A DNA stretch of 64,000 bases from Rhizaria sp. SCN 62-66 (lineage: Eukaryota), in contig MEDY01000101.1 of the NCBI GenBank assembly GCA_001724265.1, forward strand, positions 1-64,000, in the 5' to 3' direction. This document shows positions 24,908 through 36,100 of the stretch, in pieces. Position 1 is the stretch's first letter; the number at the start of each line of letters is the position of its first letter. The notes below the pieces were generated by a model, which was given only the letters and a program-made list of their open reading frames with translations, ran no database searches and was not told the DNA's origin. Position numbers and translations under genes: made by a program.

Positions 24908-27900
24908 TCACAGCTTAAAACGCTGCGCGGCCTGCTTGGTACGAGTACGGCGCATCGCGGCCTCGGTGCTGCCGCCGCGGCCGCCCGTGGCGCCAAAGAC
25001 GGCCTTCTGCGCGCCGTAGAAGCCCAGCGAGCCGGGCTCGGCCTCCATCACACGCTCGCGCTCCAGCAGGTCGAACTGTTCGCCCACGTCAAGCCCGTCC
25101 AGCGCTGACGCCGACGCCGACGATGAGTGGGCCGGGAAGCCGTGCGCGGTGAGCGACAGCGTGTCGTCGAACGAGGACGCCAGACCGTCGAGCGCGTCAG
25201 TGGCGCCAAACGCGCCGCCCCCGTTGGCGTTGGCGGCCTGATACGCAGTCATGAAGGCGCGCGCGAGCGCAACCTTGGCGTTGTTGGCGGCCGTGCGCGC
25301 AGACATGGCGAGCGCTGCGGAGCGCTGGCGCTCGGTGTCGGCGGCGGCGTACTGCTGCTTGAGCTCCTTGGCCTCGCGGATGAGTGCGTACTCCTCCTCG
25401 TCGATCACCACGACGCCGAGCCCGTCGTCGCCCCACCCCGCCGCGGCGGCCACGGCCCCGTCGGGCGCGGCGCCGCGCGCGGCGCGCTTGGCCACGATGC
25501 GGCGGTTGACGCCGTCGACGAGCGCCTTAACGGCGTTCATGCGCTGCGCGGCGGCTGCGGCGGCGTCCTTGTGCGCGTCGTAGTCGCGGCGCCGTGCCAG
25601 GAAGGCCGCGTTGAGCGCCGCACCGGGGCCCTGGCGGAACTCGAGGAACGCCTCGTCCTCGGACTGCGTCGATAGCGCTGCCGCATTGCCGCTGCTGTTG
25701 TTCGCGGTGGCGTTAAAGGCGGCACCAGAGGGGGGCTGTGCGGTGACATTCGCGCTGCCGTTACCGCCATAAGCAGCAGCAGAGGCAGGGCCGCCGACAG
25801 TGGTGGTGGCGAAGCCGCGCTTGCTGTCTGCGCCGCCCAGCGTCGCCGCACCCGCGCTCGCGAGCCCGCCCCTGCTCTGCACGCCCAAACCGCCCGCATT
25901 ACCGCTGGCGCTGCTGTTGCCGGCGTTGACGAGCGTGTAGCCGATGCGCGGCGTGTTTTGCTGGAGCGCGCGCACGTCCGACGGGTTGGTAGGCTTGGCG
26001 TTGCTGCTCGCGATGCCCATGTGGAAGCCGCTGTCGCCGCTCGTCAGGTGGCCCACGTTGACGGTGCGCTGCGCCAGCGCCACGCGCGCGGCCTCGGCGT
26101 CCGCGGCGGCCTGCGCGGCGGCGGCGGCCTCGGCCTGGGCAGCCGCGGCAGAGGCCGACGCCGCGCTGCCGCGGCCGCCCGCGCCGCCGCCGCCGCCGCG
26201 CACGGCGCGGGTCGTGGAGCTGGGCGTGCCACCGGCGCCGCCAGCAGAGCCGCGGTTAGCGCTCGCAGCCGCAGTCCCAACCGCAGCGGCGCCGCCAGCA
26301 GCAGGGGCGGCGGCGGTCGGGGCCGCGGGGACGGGGGAGCCGAGAGGGGCAGGAGCAGCGGTCGCAGCGTTGGCAGAGTCACTGCCACCGAGGGAGGCTG
26401 TGGTGGACAGCGAGAGCGTGCCACCAAAGCCGTTCCCGGAACCGCCGTTGCTGTTGCTGTTGCTGCTGATGGCACCCGGCACGGCGCCGCCGGCGGAGAG
26501 CGAGGCGACGGAGCGGTTGGCGCTTTCGAGCTGCGCCGTAAGCGCGTGCACCATGCTGCGGAACTGCAGCGTGACTTCGTGCGCATGCCGCAGCGTCGTG
26601 ATGTCGATCTGCGGGATGTTGCCGTGAACGAACGCGCGCACCGTCGCCGCCACCTCGGCCTGCTCCTCAGGTGTGTAATTATCGTAGTTGACACTCGAGC
26701 CGCGGTTCGCCAGCGTGTCGTGCATCGCCAGCTCGCGCTCGAGCGCGCGCACACGCTTCTGCAGCTTCGCCAGCAACAGGCCCTCATCCGCAGCCTCGAC
26801 GCGCGACGCGTAGGTCACCACGCGCATCATCCTGAACAAAACAAAAATCAAGAGGGTATATTCCACAAATATCAAACGTGAGTTCATTTGATGATGAATA
26901 CAAAAAATCAGAGTGAAAGACCAACACTACTTCTCGTTTATGTGGTTGCATTTGTGTTATCTGTCGTGCGTACCTGGCGGCGAAGCGGAGTGTGGAGACG
27001 GTCTCGTCGAGGTGCACGGCCTCGCAGCGCACGTTGGCGATGAGGCGCGTCTTGCAATTGCCGCCCAGCGAGTCACGCAGCACGTTAGTGAGCTTGTTCT
27101 GGCGGAACGGCACGTGGTCGCGCGCGCGGTCCGCCAGCGCGACGACGACCTGCTCCAGGAACGAGAGCGACTTGTTGATGTAGCGCGCCTCGGTCAGTGT
27201 GGCACCTGTGGAGTTGGTCTTACCGACGCGCTCGGAGCCGGCGAGATCCACCAAGTTGAGCTTGCTGAGCGTGCGCTTCTCAGAGCTCTCGACGCGCGAG
27301 CACGATTCGATGGCGACAGTGAAGATGCAGTGCGAGCGCGACGACGCGGCGTTCATGTCGTGCCGCGACACGGCGCGGTTGCTCTCACCACGGAACAGGC
27401 ACTGCAGCGCCTCCTCCTCCGTCGTCACGATTGTGGTGGTCAGTCCCTTAACGACAACGGCGCCGTGCTCGTTGTCGCGCACGGCCAGGTCCGACAGCTG
27501 GCGGCACTGCGGGTCCAGCAGGTCGAAGTACGTCTCGTTGTAGATCTCCAGGTAGCTCACCGTGACCTGGTAGGCGGTGTCGGGCCGGTTGGCGATGTGG
27601 CGGAACACGTCCTCCAGCGCGCGCGGGATAATGCCGCGCTGCGCGTAGGCCGCCGTGTTGCCCAACATCGTGTACGTCTTGCCGGCGCCCGTCTGCCCGT
27701 AGGCCATGATGGTGCCGGAGTAGCCGTCGACTGCGCTGGCGACGATGTCGGCCGCACAGTCGTCGTACACGGCGTCCTGCGACGCGTTGTGCAGCACGTT
27801 GTCGTAGTCAAACGCCCAGTCCTCCTGCTGGTTGTTGATGTGCAGGCCCTGGGCTTTGGGAATGTGCACGTCGATGTGGCGCCGGTCCGCGCCCAGGCGC

Positions 27901-27989
27901 AGGTTGCCCTCGGCGAAACGGCCCGTGGGGCGCGTGCGGATGCACACCTTGACGTTCTCCTTGTAGACCGGAGACGGGCGCTGGGCCAT
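24908..27989 (-). CDS. KIF9: Kinesin-9 family motor (KIF9/KIF6/KLP1-like), about 979 aa
   Basis: Motor motifs are P-loop GQTGAGKT, SYLEIYNE, NAASSRSH, LVDLAGSER and HVPFRQNKLT. Exons 27989-26974 and 26831-24908 are joined across intron 26973-26832 (GTACGC...TTCAG), giving TLRFAARMM. The post-motor ELAMHDTL, IDEEEY and C-terminal GEQFDLLE..PGSLGFY segments match my recollection of kinesin-9 tails. KIF9 versus KIF6 is less certain. Confidence 0.85.
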
Positions 27990-28409
27990 GGCAACGGGCA
28001 GAAAAACGCGGTGGACGCAAGAGAGTGCGGGTTGGGGTCGGGGTTGGGGTTGGGGACAGCGCTGAAGCTGAGAGTTTGGAGAGGTGGAGGTCTGTGTGTT
28101 TGGGCCGAATGGGACGGAGTGATGGAAGACACACAAGAGTTATCAGCAAGTGTAATAACAATATACAATAAATCGATTAACAAAAGATCGTCAAATGAGG
28201 CCAACATACGTTTTGACGAAGAAAATAACTCGTATTTGATAATCACGTGCAGCACGATGTCCGTTTCGTTTCTCTCCTGTTGTGATCGAGGCTGGTCCGG
28301 CGCTGGGTCGGTTCGCGAAAAATGATGCGGAGGCCCTTACTTTTTTTGGGCTGAGAGGACTGGGAGACGAAGTTGTGTGCTGTTGATTTGGATTGTGAAC
28401 CGAAACAAC

Positions 28410-29428
28410 ATGCTCCGTGCTACTGTCTCCCTTTCTCGTGCGGCGAAGCCTCTGGCTCGCGTTGCCACCAAGGCCGCTCCCCTCATCCGCATGCCCGTCC
28501 GCGCGATGTCGACCGAGAGCAAGCCTGTCTGCAGCGTCGGCAAGAACATCAGCAAGCGTACGTCCTTCCTCCACCCCTGCGCACCACAGCCGTGGCCGTA
28601 AGGCTTTGTAATAATTGCCATGATAGATTACTACTTTTTATTCGCTCCTATTGTGCACAGATCCTATACTGCACTGACGACAGACCAAGATACCGCTTGT
28701 TTGTGAACATTCGTTCGCGCTTGCATGCTCGTTCGCCGGTCTGGCGGGACAGCTGATCACTGCTGCTAGCCTTTCCCGCGCTTCCATTACTTCTGCGTTT
28801 CATTTGACATAACTGCCTGGGCTTACATATACCCACTGGTTTCATTGCCCATCCATACGTTTTCGTTTCCAGTCAACGGCGACCAGCTTTTCCTCTACTC
28901 GTCGGTGGCCCTCGGTATCTGCCTGCCCCTCTCGGTCCTCACCGCGCCCACCTTCCTCTCGGTGCCCTTCGACACCGTCGTGGCTGTCGCTCTGCCCTTT
29001 CACATGGCCACCGGTGTCGGCCACATCGTCGAGGACTACACCCCCGCTGCCTACAAGGTCTGGGCTATGCGCCTCGTCAAGCTCATTGCGATCCTCGTCG
29101 GTACGTCTTGCTCCACTCACTTCTTGACCTCGCCGCAGCTCTCTATCGTGCTGTGTTTAAACAAGCATTGATACGCGCATCTGCACGCTGTTGTTTTCTC
29201 CATTATATTTCAGTTTCACAATGCGAAATCTTTGCTTGGACTAGCGGAAGCTTGACTACCGACCAACTAACCATCGTCTGCCCCTTCGTCTGTCCCGATT
29301 CGTTTTCTTCTGGTTCCCCGCTCTCAGCGTACGGCTTGATCAAGATCTCCTTCTGCGGCAAGGGTATCGGCTACTCCATCAAGTCTCTCTGGCTCGATGC
29401 CCCCAAGAAGAGGACCCCCGTCGCGTAA
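28410..29428 (+). CDS. SDH4: Succinate dehydrogenase cytochrome b small subunit (CybS/SDH4), 158 aa
   Basis: Exons 28410-28557, 28873-29100 and 29328-29428 have matching phases; both introns (28558-28872, 29101-29327) are GTACGT...CAG. The N-terminus is an Arg/Ala/Ser-rich mitochondrial presequence, followed by three hydrophobic helices, the H-x3-G-x3-IVEDY heme/quinone motif (FHMATGVGHIVEDY) and a C-terminal GIGYSIKSLW. Confidence 0.85.
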
Positions 29429-30299
29429 GCACCCAGGTGGATACTCTCTTGCTCTTCAACCCCCCGTCTTCCCCTCCGTCCCCAACGCAAGCTTCATGAG
29501 CCCCTGACGCCGCCACCGCTGCGCGCTGACCGCCGCGGCGGCTCACGAGCCCGCTCCTCACCCGAATAAGCGGGGCAGGCCTCGTGAGACACCGCTGCGT
29601 GCTGTCCTCGCAGCAGACTAGCAGCGTCGGACTCCTGACCCACTTTAACACAGCGACACAACGAGCGATACAGCGACGCAACCGCATGCTTTTGCTGCCG
29701 CACTGCTGCTTCGGCGGACTGTCTGACTGTACGCCGACTCCGAACATCGCTCTCAGTCGCAGTCGCTCACACTCATCTCTCTCTCCGGCACCCACGGTCT
29801 CGTGGCCCTCGCACACTCCCATTTACACAAGTAATTTATGTCAGTGTGGCGCACGAGCGACGGAGGCGGTGTATTTTAACACGCCTGCTTGTACAACCTT
29901 AACGCGTACGAGCTGAGCGACCATGTCCGCGAGAGTAATGAGATACTGTGTGACGACAAGCTTCTATGACTGCGACAGTGCATGTTGTTAGTTGAAGTGA
30001 GGACACTTGCAAAACTATCATAAGTTTAAACAACCCCAAAAACACCACCTAGACAAATTTATAAATACCTCAAATATAATACATCAATTTATTTACTGAC
30101 ACGCAGTCTTCGCATTCGTTGCACCACCCTTGAGCAAAACAAACCACCGTTAAGGATTCAAATATATTTGGTCTTTATTTAGACGACTTTAACATTATCC
30201 GTTAAAATTAATCATTGTTCATACTTGTTATAACATATTATTCCCTTGTGTGGCTTATCGCTCCATTTCCAGCCCCGCAGCACAATCCCGCAGGGGCGC

Positions 30300-32321
30300 T
30301 CAGTGCATCGGCGGCGGCCCGGCGGGCGCGGCACTGCGGATGAAGCCGATGGGGTTGGGCCGGTTCTTGAACCAGGCCTGGATAGGGAGTTCCTTGCCAA
30401 AGCGCTGCGCGGCGGTGACGCCGTTGATGCGCTTAAAGCGCCAGAGCGCGGCGACGTAGGCGGCGCCCATGAGGAAGCCGCCGACGTGACCGGCGTGGCC
30501 GACCTCGGAGTTGGGGTCCAGGAACATGGACGAGAGGTCGATAACCGCGTACATGGCAACGGCGAAGGGGATCGGCACGTAGGTCAGACGCATGAAGATG
30601 TGGTCGCGCGGGAACAGCACCGCGGCAGCAGCACTGCGATGTGTGAGGGCAAAGTGTACAAAGAAGAAGACGAAAAACGGTGATGTGAGTACTACGATGT
30701 AGTGCGACAGTATAAAAAGTACAAAACTATGTGTACACAACACAACACAATAATACACAATTATTCAGATAAAATCTTATGTTTCAGGCATTAGCGTACC
30801 TGATGGCCATGCAGGAGCCCGAGGCGCCGAGCAGCGGCATGTCAACCTTGCTCATGATCTTGGTCGCCTCCTCCTCGGTGATGTCGCTGTCATTGCCCAG
30901 CGCGAGTGTCTCCGCGAAGCCGAAGCCCTTCTCGGTGCGTCCGTTGATGACGTTGAGCAGGCAGTGCATGGCCGAGCAGCCCAGGGCGCCGGTGAGGTAG
31001 AGCCCAGTGAAGTAGCGCGGACCGAGGAAGTTGTACACTTTGGGCGCGAAGAGGAACAGCGAGGTGAAGTTGCCGAACAGGTGGTCAAAGCTCTGGTGCG
31101 AGATGGCAGAGGTAAAGATGGTCCACGGACGGTGCACGAATGAATCGACGTTGACGGTGAAGTTGTCGCCCATCCAGTCCATCTTCTTCGCCACGTGGTT
31201 GATCTCGGCCTAAACAATGAGTAAAACAAACATATGTTCAGAGTGGAATGTAAGTTTACGTATTCAATGCAATTCTACGTTATACACAAATCCGATATCA
31301 AAACATCAACTCGTTTTGTGTTGACCAATACAACAATTGTAAATTCTTCGCAAAAAAATATCTGACAAAGACAGCGTTGGTGTGATCGTACCTGGCTCAT
31401 GCCCTGCGCGAGCCGGAGCAGGTTGCGCCCGGCCTTCTCCTGCGGGTCGGTGAGCTTGGCGTACTCCTCCTCGGTGAGCGGCGCGCGCTCGATGGCGGTC
31501 ATCATGGCCATCTTCCAGGCCCAGAAAACGCCCAGGCAGATGGCGAATAAGGAGAGGTACATGAGCAGCGGCGACTTGCCCGGGTGCGCGGGGTCAATGG
31601 GGATCACCCATGTGCTGTTGTGCAGGTAGAACCAGTTGAATGGCGCCCTGTTGGCATACACGGGGTTGTCCGACTCGACCACGCGCGACATCGCGGAGGG
31701 GTGAGGCTTGACTTCCGCGCTGTGCTCGCGGTCGATGTCGGCGCGGGAGCGGAACAAAAAACGCCGCGGAGGGGTGCGGCCCAACTTGGCGACCGCGGAG
31801 AGCGAGAACGGGCGCGAGAAGGCCCACGCCACGGCGGGGGCGCTGACCGCGTTGGAGCCGACAGACGCCCTCACACTCGCAACAGACATGGATGCCTCCG
31901 CCGGGAGCAGGGATACGCGCGAGCGCAGCAGCGGGGAGGAGAGGGACGTCGCGGTCGCAGCCGCGGAGGCGGGACTGGCGCCGGCGCGAGCACTGGTGCT
32001 GGCGAAGCGCGCATTGACGGCGCGGACGTTAGCAGCAGTGGTGGAGGGCGTAGCTGTAGTCAGCGGGCTCGCGAGCGACGCGAGCGCAGTGGCGAGCGCG
32101 GGGACCGCGGAAGTGCGGGCGCGGACAGGCAGCGGGACCACGGTGACGACAGTGTGCAGGGATGCGGCAGCGACGGAAGATACAGCTGTAACGGAGACCG
32201 AGGCGGTCGCGCGGGGACGGCGAGAGGCGAGGGGGGCGAGGGACGTCAGCAGCGCGCGCGGGGGCTGGGGCAGCGCGGTGCGGCGGAGCGCGGCCCGAAA
32301 AAGCAGGGACGACTTCATCAT
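30300..32321 (-). CDS. Rhomboid-family intramembrane serine protease, mitochondrial PARL/Pcp1-like (about 557 aa)
   Basis: Exons 32321-31392, 31209-30800 and 30633-30300; introns start GTACGA and GTACGC and end in AG. Contains RPWTIFTSAISHQSFDHLFGN, catalytic GASG and VGHAGHVGG (catalytic His). The long N-terminus is Arg/Ser/Ala-rich and almost free of acidic residues, like a presequence. Confidence 0.9.
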
Positions 32322-33176
32322 GGGGCAATGCAAGTTACACAACGTTGCGGTTGCTACGATGCGTTGTTAGGAAGCAGTGCGCGGCGTGAAGGGGCTCGGA
32401 CGAGCGGTGATTATAGATGGCTGATTGGCTCTGCGGGGAAAACAGTTGGTTTCAGTACAGGACTAGGGTTCCAAAAAAAGTCACTGCGAACAGTAAACCT
32501 AAACTCGACATAAAATAAAATGCACATATCCACATTCAGTTTTGTTGAGAGGGCCGTGTGAAGATGCAGGTGGAAGATGTGGGTCTCGTCATCACGAAGC
32601 GGCAGTAAAGAAAGTATTTCGAGCACGATTTTGAGGTGACAAATAAATGTCTTTTATGACTTAATTAGAAAAACGAATATAATATTACAGGATCTCACGG
32701 AAACACAGCTCAATATCGCAATTGACGTTCTGTGAACTGTTCGCAGGCCCTTAAACTCGTCGAGATTTTGGATGACTCGCTTCGACGATCACTGCCAATC
32801 GAATCTGCAGTCACGTGCAAGATGAACTATACAAATCAGTGCACTATACAGTCAGTTCATGTGAAGTTAGGATTTCGTTAACCAAGTTTCAATGACGTAT
32901 TTCATGTTATATCTGCAGTTCTATAATTACGTCCTCAATTTCAAGTCTATATTCACGATTACATGAATTTGCCATCTAGTAACACAAGAAGGACAAATCG
33001 TTAAAAGCTATGTATTCGCCATTACATCGTCAGCTGCGCTGGAAATAATGTCGACCAAAAAGCATAATAAATAGTTTAGTTATAAAATAAGGACATGCCA
33101 TCAAACTTACAAACCACCGTGGTTGACCTTGTACTCTTGACGCATGTTGCAAAGTCTCACTGCGAAGATGCTTGTC

Positions 33177-36100
33177 TTAGTCGGCGTCGGAGCCAAAGCC
33201 AGACCCGATGCGCGGCTTCGAGTATCCCATCTTAAGTGCACGGGACTTCGCCTTGGTCGCACCAGCACCAACACTCGCCGTGGCCGTTGAAGCCTTCTTG
33301 CCGCTGCTCGCACTGGCAGAGGCAGCAGCCGGCTCGCTCTTGGCTGCGTCAATGCTGTTGCTGTTGCTGTTGCCTGTCGCGGCACTCGGAGAGGAAGCAT
33401 GTTTGAGCGTGTTCGGGGCCGGCATCGTGCCCCCGAGCATGTTAACACCGCCAAACCCGCCACCCACGTTGTTGCCCACGCCGTTGAGCCCGCCGAACGC
33501 GGCGCTGCCGCCAGCGGTGTTGTTATCATCCCAGAACGGCGACGCCGCGTCCGGTGCGAACGCGCGCCCGAGGCCGAGGCCGTGGCTGTGGCCGTGCGGC
33601 GCGGCGCCCGCGGTGGCCCAGGGGTCAACCTCCTGGAGGTAGTGGCGCACGCTGGCGCGCGGGACGGTGAGTACGGCTAACTCGCTGTCGAAGCGCGCGA
33701 AAAGCCCCATGATCTTGAGCAGCGCGGCCACCTCGGCGAAGGCGGCCTCGTCCACCGCCGGGCTCAGCATGTACGCGCCCAGCGGTAGCCCCGCGCCCGC
33801 CGCGCGCTCCGCGAGCTCAGCCAGCGCGGGCGAGAGGCCTGCGGAGACCGTGAGCAGCGACGCCTCCTCGGCACGCGCAGCATCGGCCGAGAGCGCGCGC
33901 GAGGGCACGCGGTCCAGCGCCAGCCCGTGCGTGCGGCGCCAGAGCACCAGCGGCGCGCCCGCGGAGTCCACCACGCGCACGCCAGCGCTCGCGCTCGCGC
34001 TAGAATCTGAGCCAGTCTGAGTGTGATTCTGAGTGTTGTGAACAGGAATCACGTTGGCGTCGCGGTTGTTAGCGGCGAGCGCGGCGAGCGCGCGCGCGGC
34101 GGGCGCGGCGGCAACGAGCACCGAGGTCTCGACCACGCTGGCGCTGCCCATCCCGCCCAGCACCAGCGCAGCCTGCTCCAGCGCGGTCAGCGGCGGCGCG
34201 GCGCGGGCCAGCACCGCGGCGTCGCCGTCGGCGCAGAGCCGCGCCCACGCCGCGGGGCCATGACCCAAGCGCACAGCGGCCGCCGCTGCGGTCATCACGC
34301 GCGCCAGCAGCGCGGCGTCGCGGCGCAGCGCCGCCAGCGCCGCGGCCAGCTCGGCCTCGTCTCTGCCCTCGCCCGCCGCCGCCGCAGCAGCACCGTGACT
34401 ACCGCTGTAGGCTGCGACGGGGCTGTTGACCGGCGCCGGGCGCACGGCGGCGGTAGCGCTAGCGTCGCCGCCGTTGACGCCGAGGCCGTTGCCGAGGGCG
34501 TTGCCGCGCGCGGCGTCGGGGTAGCCGTGGGCCGAGACGAGGCGCAGCTGCTGCGCGAGCGGGCCGCGGACGCCAGGGATGGAGCCGCCGGCGAGCGCGA
34601 GGCACAGCGTGACGCCCTCGGCGACTGCGGAGTGCGCCAGGCGGGCCAGCGCCACCAGCGAGGCGGCGCGGGAGCCGGCCTCGGCGCGCGCGGAGGCCAG
34701 CGCGGTTGCAGACGCAGCCGCCGTCGACTCAGGAACATGCGCGCCACCGGCGGAGTCATCAGGGTTCGCGTTGCTTGCGTTCGCAATAGACTTGGCGCCG
34801 CTGCTGTTGTCATCGGAGGCGGTGTCCCAGCGGCCGAGCGCGTAGGCCAGGCCGGTGACCGTGCGCAGCGCTTCCTTGGCCGCGCGCTCGGGCACGAACA
34901 CGGCCGCCGCCGCCGCCCTGCTATCAGCGCCGCGCTTCGCAGCACTGCTGGTGACGGTGTGACACAGCAGAGGCGCGCCGCCGCACGCGCGTGCGACGAG
35001 GGCGTCCTCAAGCGCGCTCTGCAGGGAGCGTCCAGCAGAAGCAGCAGAAATGACCGTCTCGGCATCAGTGTCGCCACTTGCAAGCGCGCTCGCAGTCGCC
35101 ACACTGTCGCTGGTGCTGATGCTAGCGCCGCTCGCGGTGGAGAGCAGCGAGCGTTCGACGGCGGCGCACGCCGCCAGGTCAAACCGCGCGAGAGCATCGC
35201 CGACCGCCGCAGCAGGGGCGGCGCCACCGCGCGAGGTCGCGACGGGCAGCGCGCGCGCAGCGTGGAACGCGGCGAAGGCGTCTCGCGCAGCAGCCTCAGC
35301 GGCGGCAGTGGCACTGCTGCGGTCGCTATCGGCGCTCGCGTCGACGGCGGTGAGCTTCGCAAGCGCGAGCGAGAGCGCGCGCGCGGCCTCCTCCGCGTCG
35401 GCCGCGGCCGCGGTGCGCGCGGCGGCGGCGACGGCGGCGGCGGCCTCACCCAGCGGGGCTGACACCGCGGCGGCCGCGGCGCGCAGCCCGGCGCGGGCGC
35501 TGGCCACGTCGGCCTGGGCCAGCGCAGCCAGCACGGCGTGCATGTCCACGCTCGCGGCAGCGCTGTAACCGCCGTCCGCAGCGCCGCTGCCGCCGCCGAG
35601 CGCGGGGAGCAGCCCGGCCTCGCGGGCGAGGGCCGCGAAGGTCTCCGCGCGCGTGGGCAGCGTGATGCACACGTCGGCGAACACGGGCACGCCCGAGACG
35701 TCGCGCGGGGGCAGCTCGGACCGCGCGCGCGCGGTGGCGGCAGCCGAGTCGGCGCGCGCGGAGGCGGCGGCGGCGGAGCGCAGGGCGGCGGCCGCGGCGG
35801 CGTCGGCGGCGGGGAGCCCGCCGGGCGGTGGCGGCGCGAGCGGCTCCAGCGGGCGCAGCAGCGAGGCCTGCATCGACGCCGAGCGCGGGAAAGACAGCGC
35901 GCCCGCGACGCCCGGGGAAAAGACGCCCGACTGCAGCAGCGAGGCACGAGAGCCGCCCGTAAGCTGCGCGGCAGCGTCGTCGGCGCCGCCAGTCGAGCTG
36001 TCACCGGTCGTGGCTGCGTCGGCGCATGCGGGCGCACTTGCACTTCCAGTCGCAGGGTCCGTGCTCGCGTCGGTGTTCGGCGTGGTGCGAGCGCTCGCGC

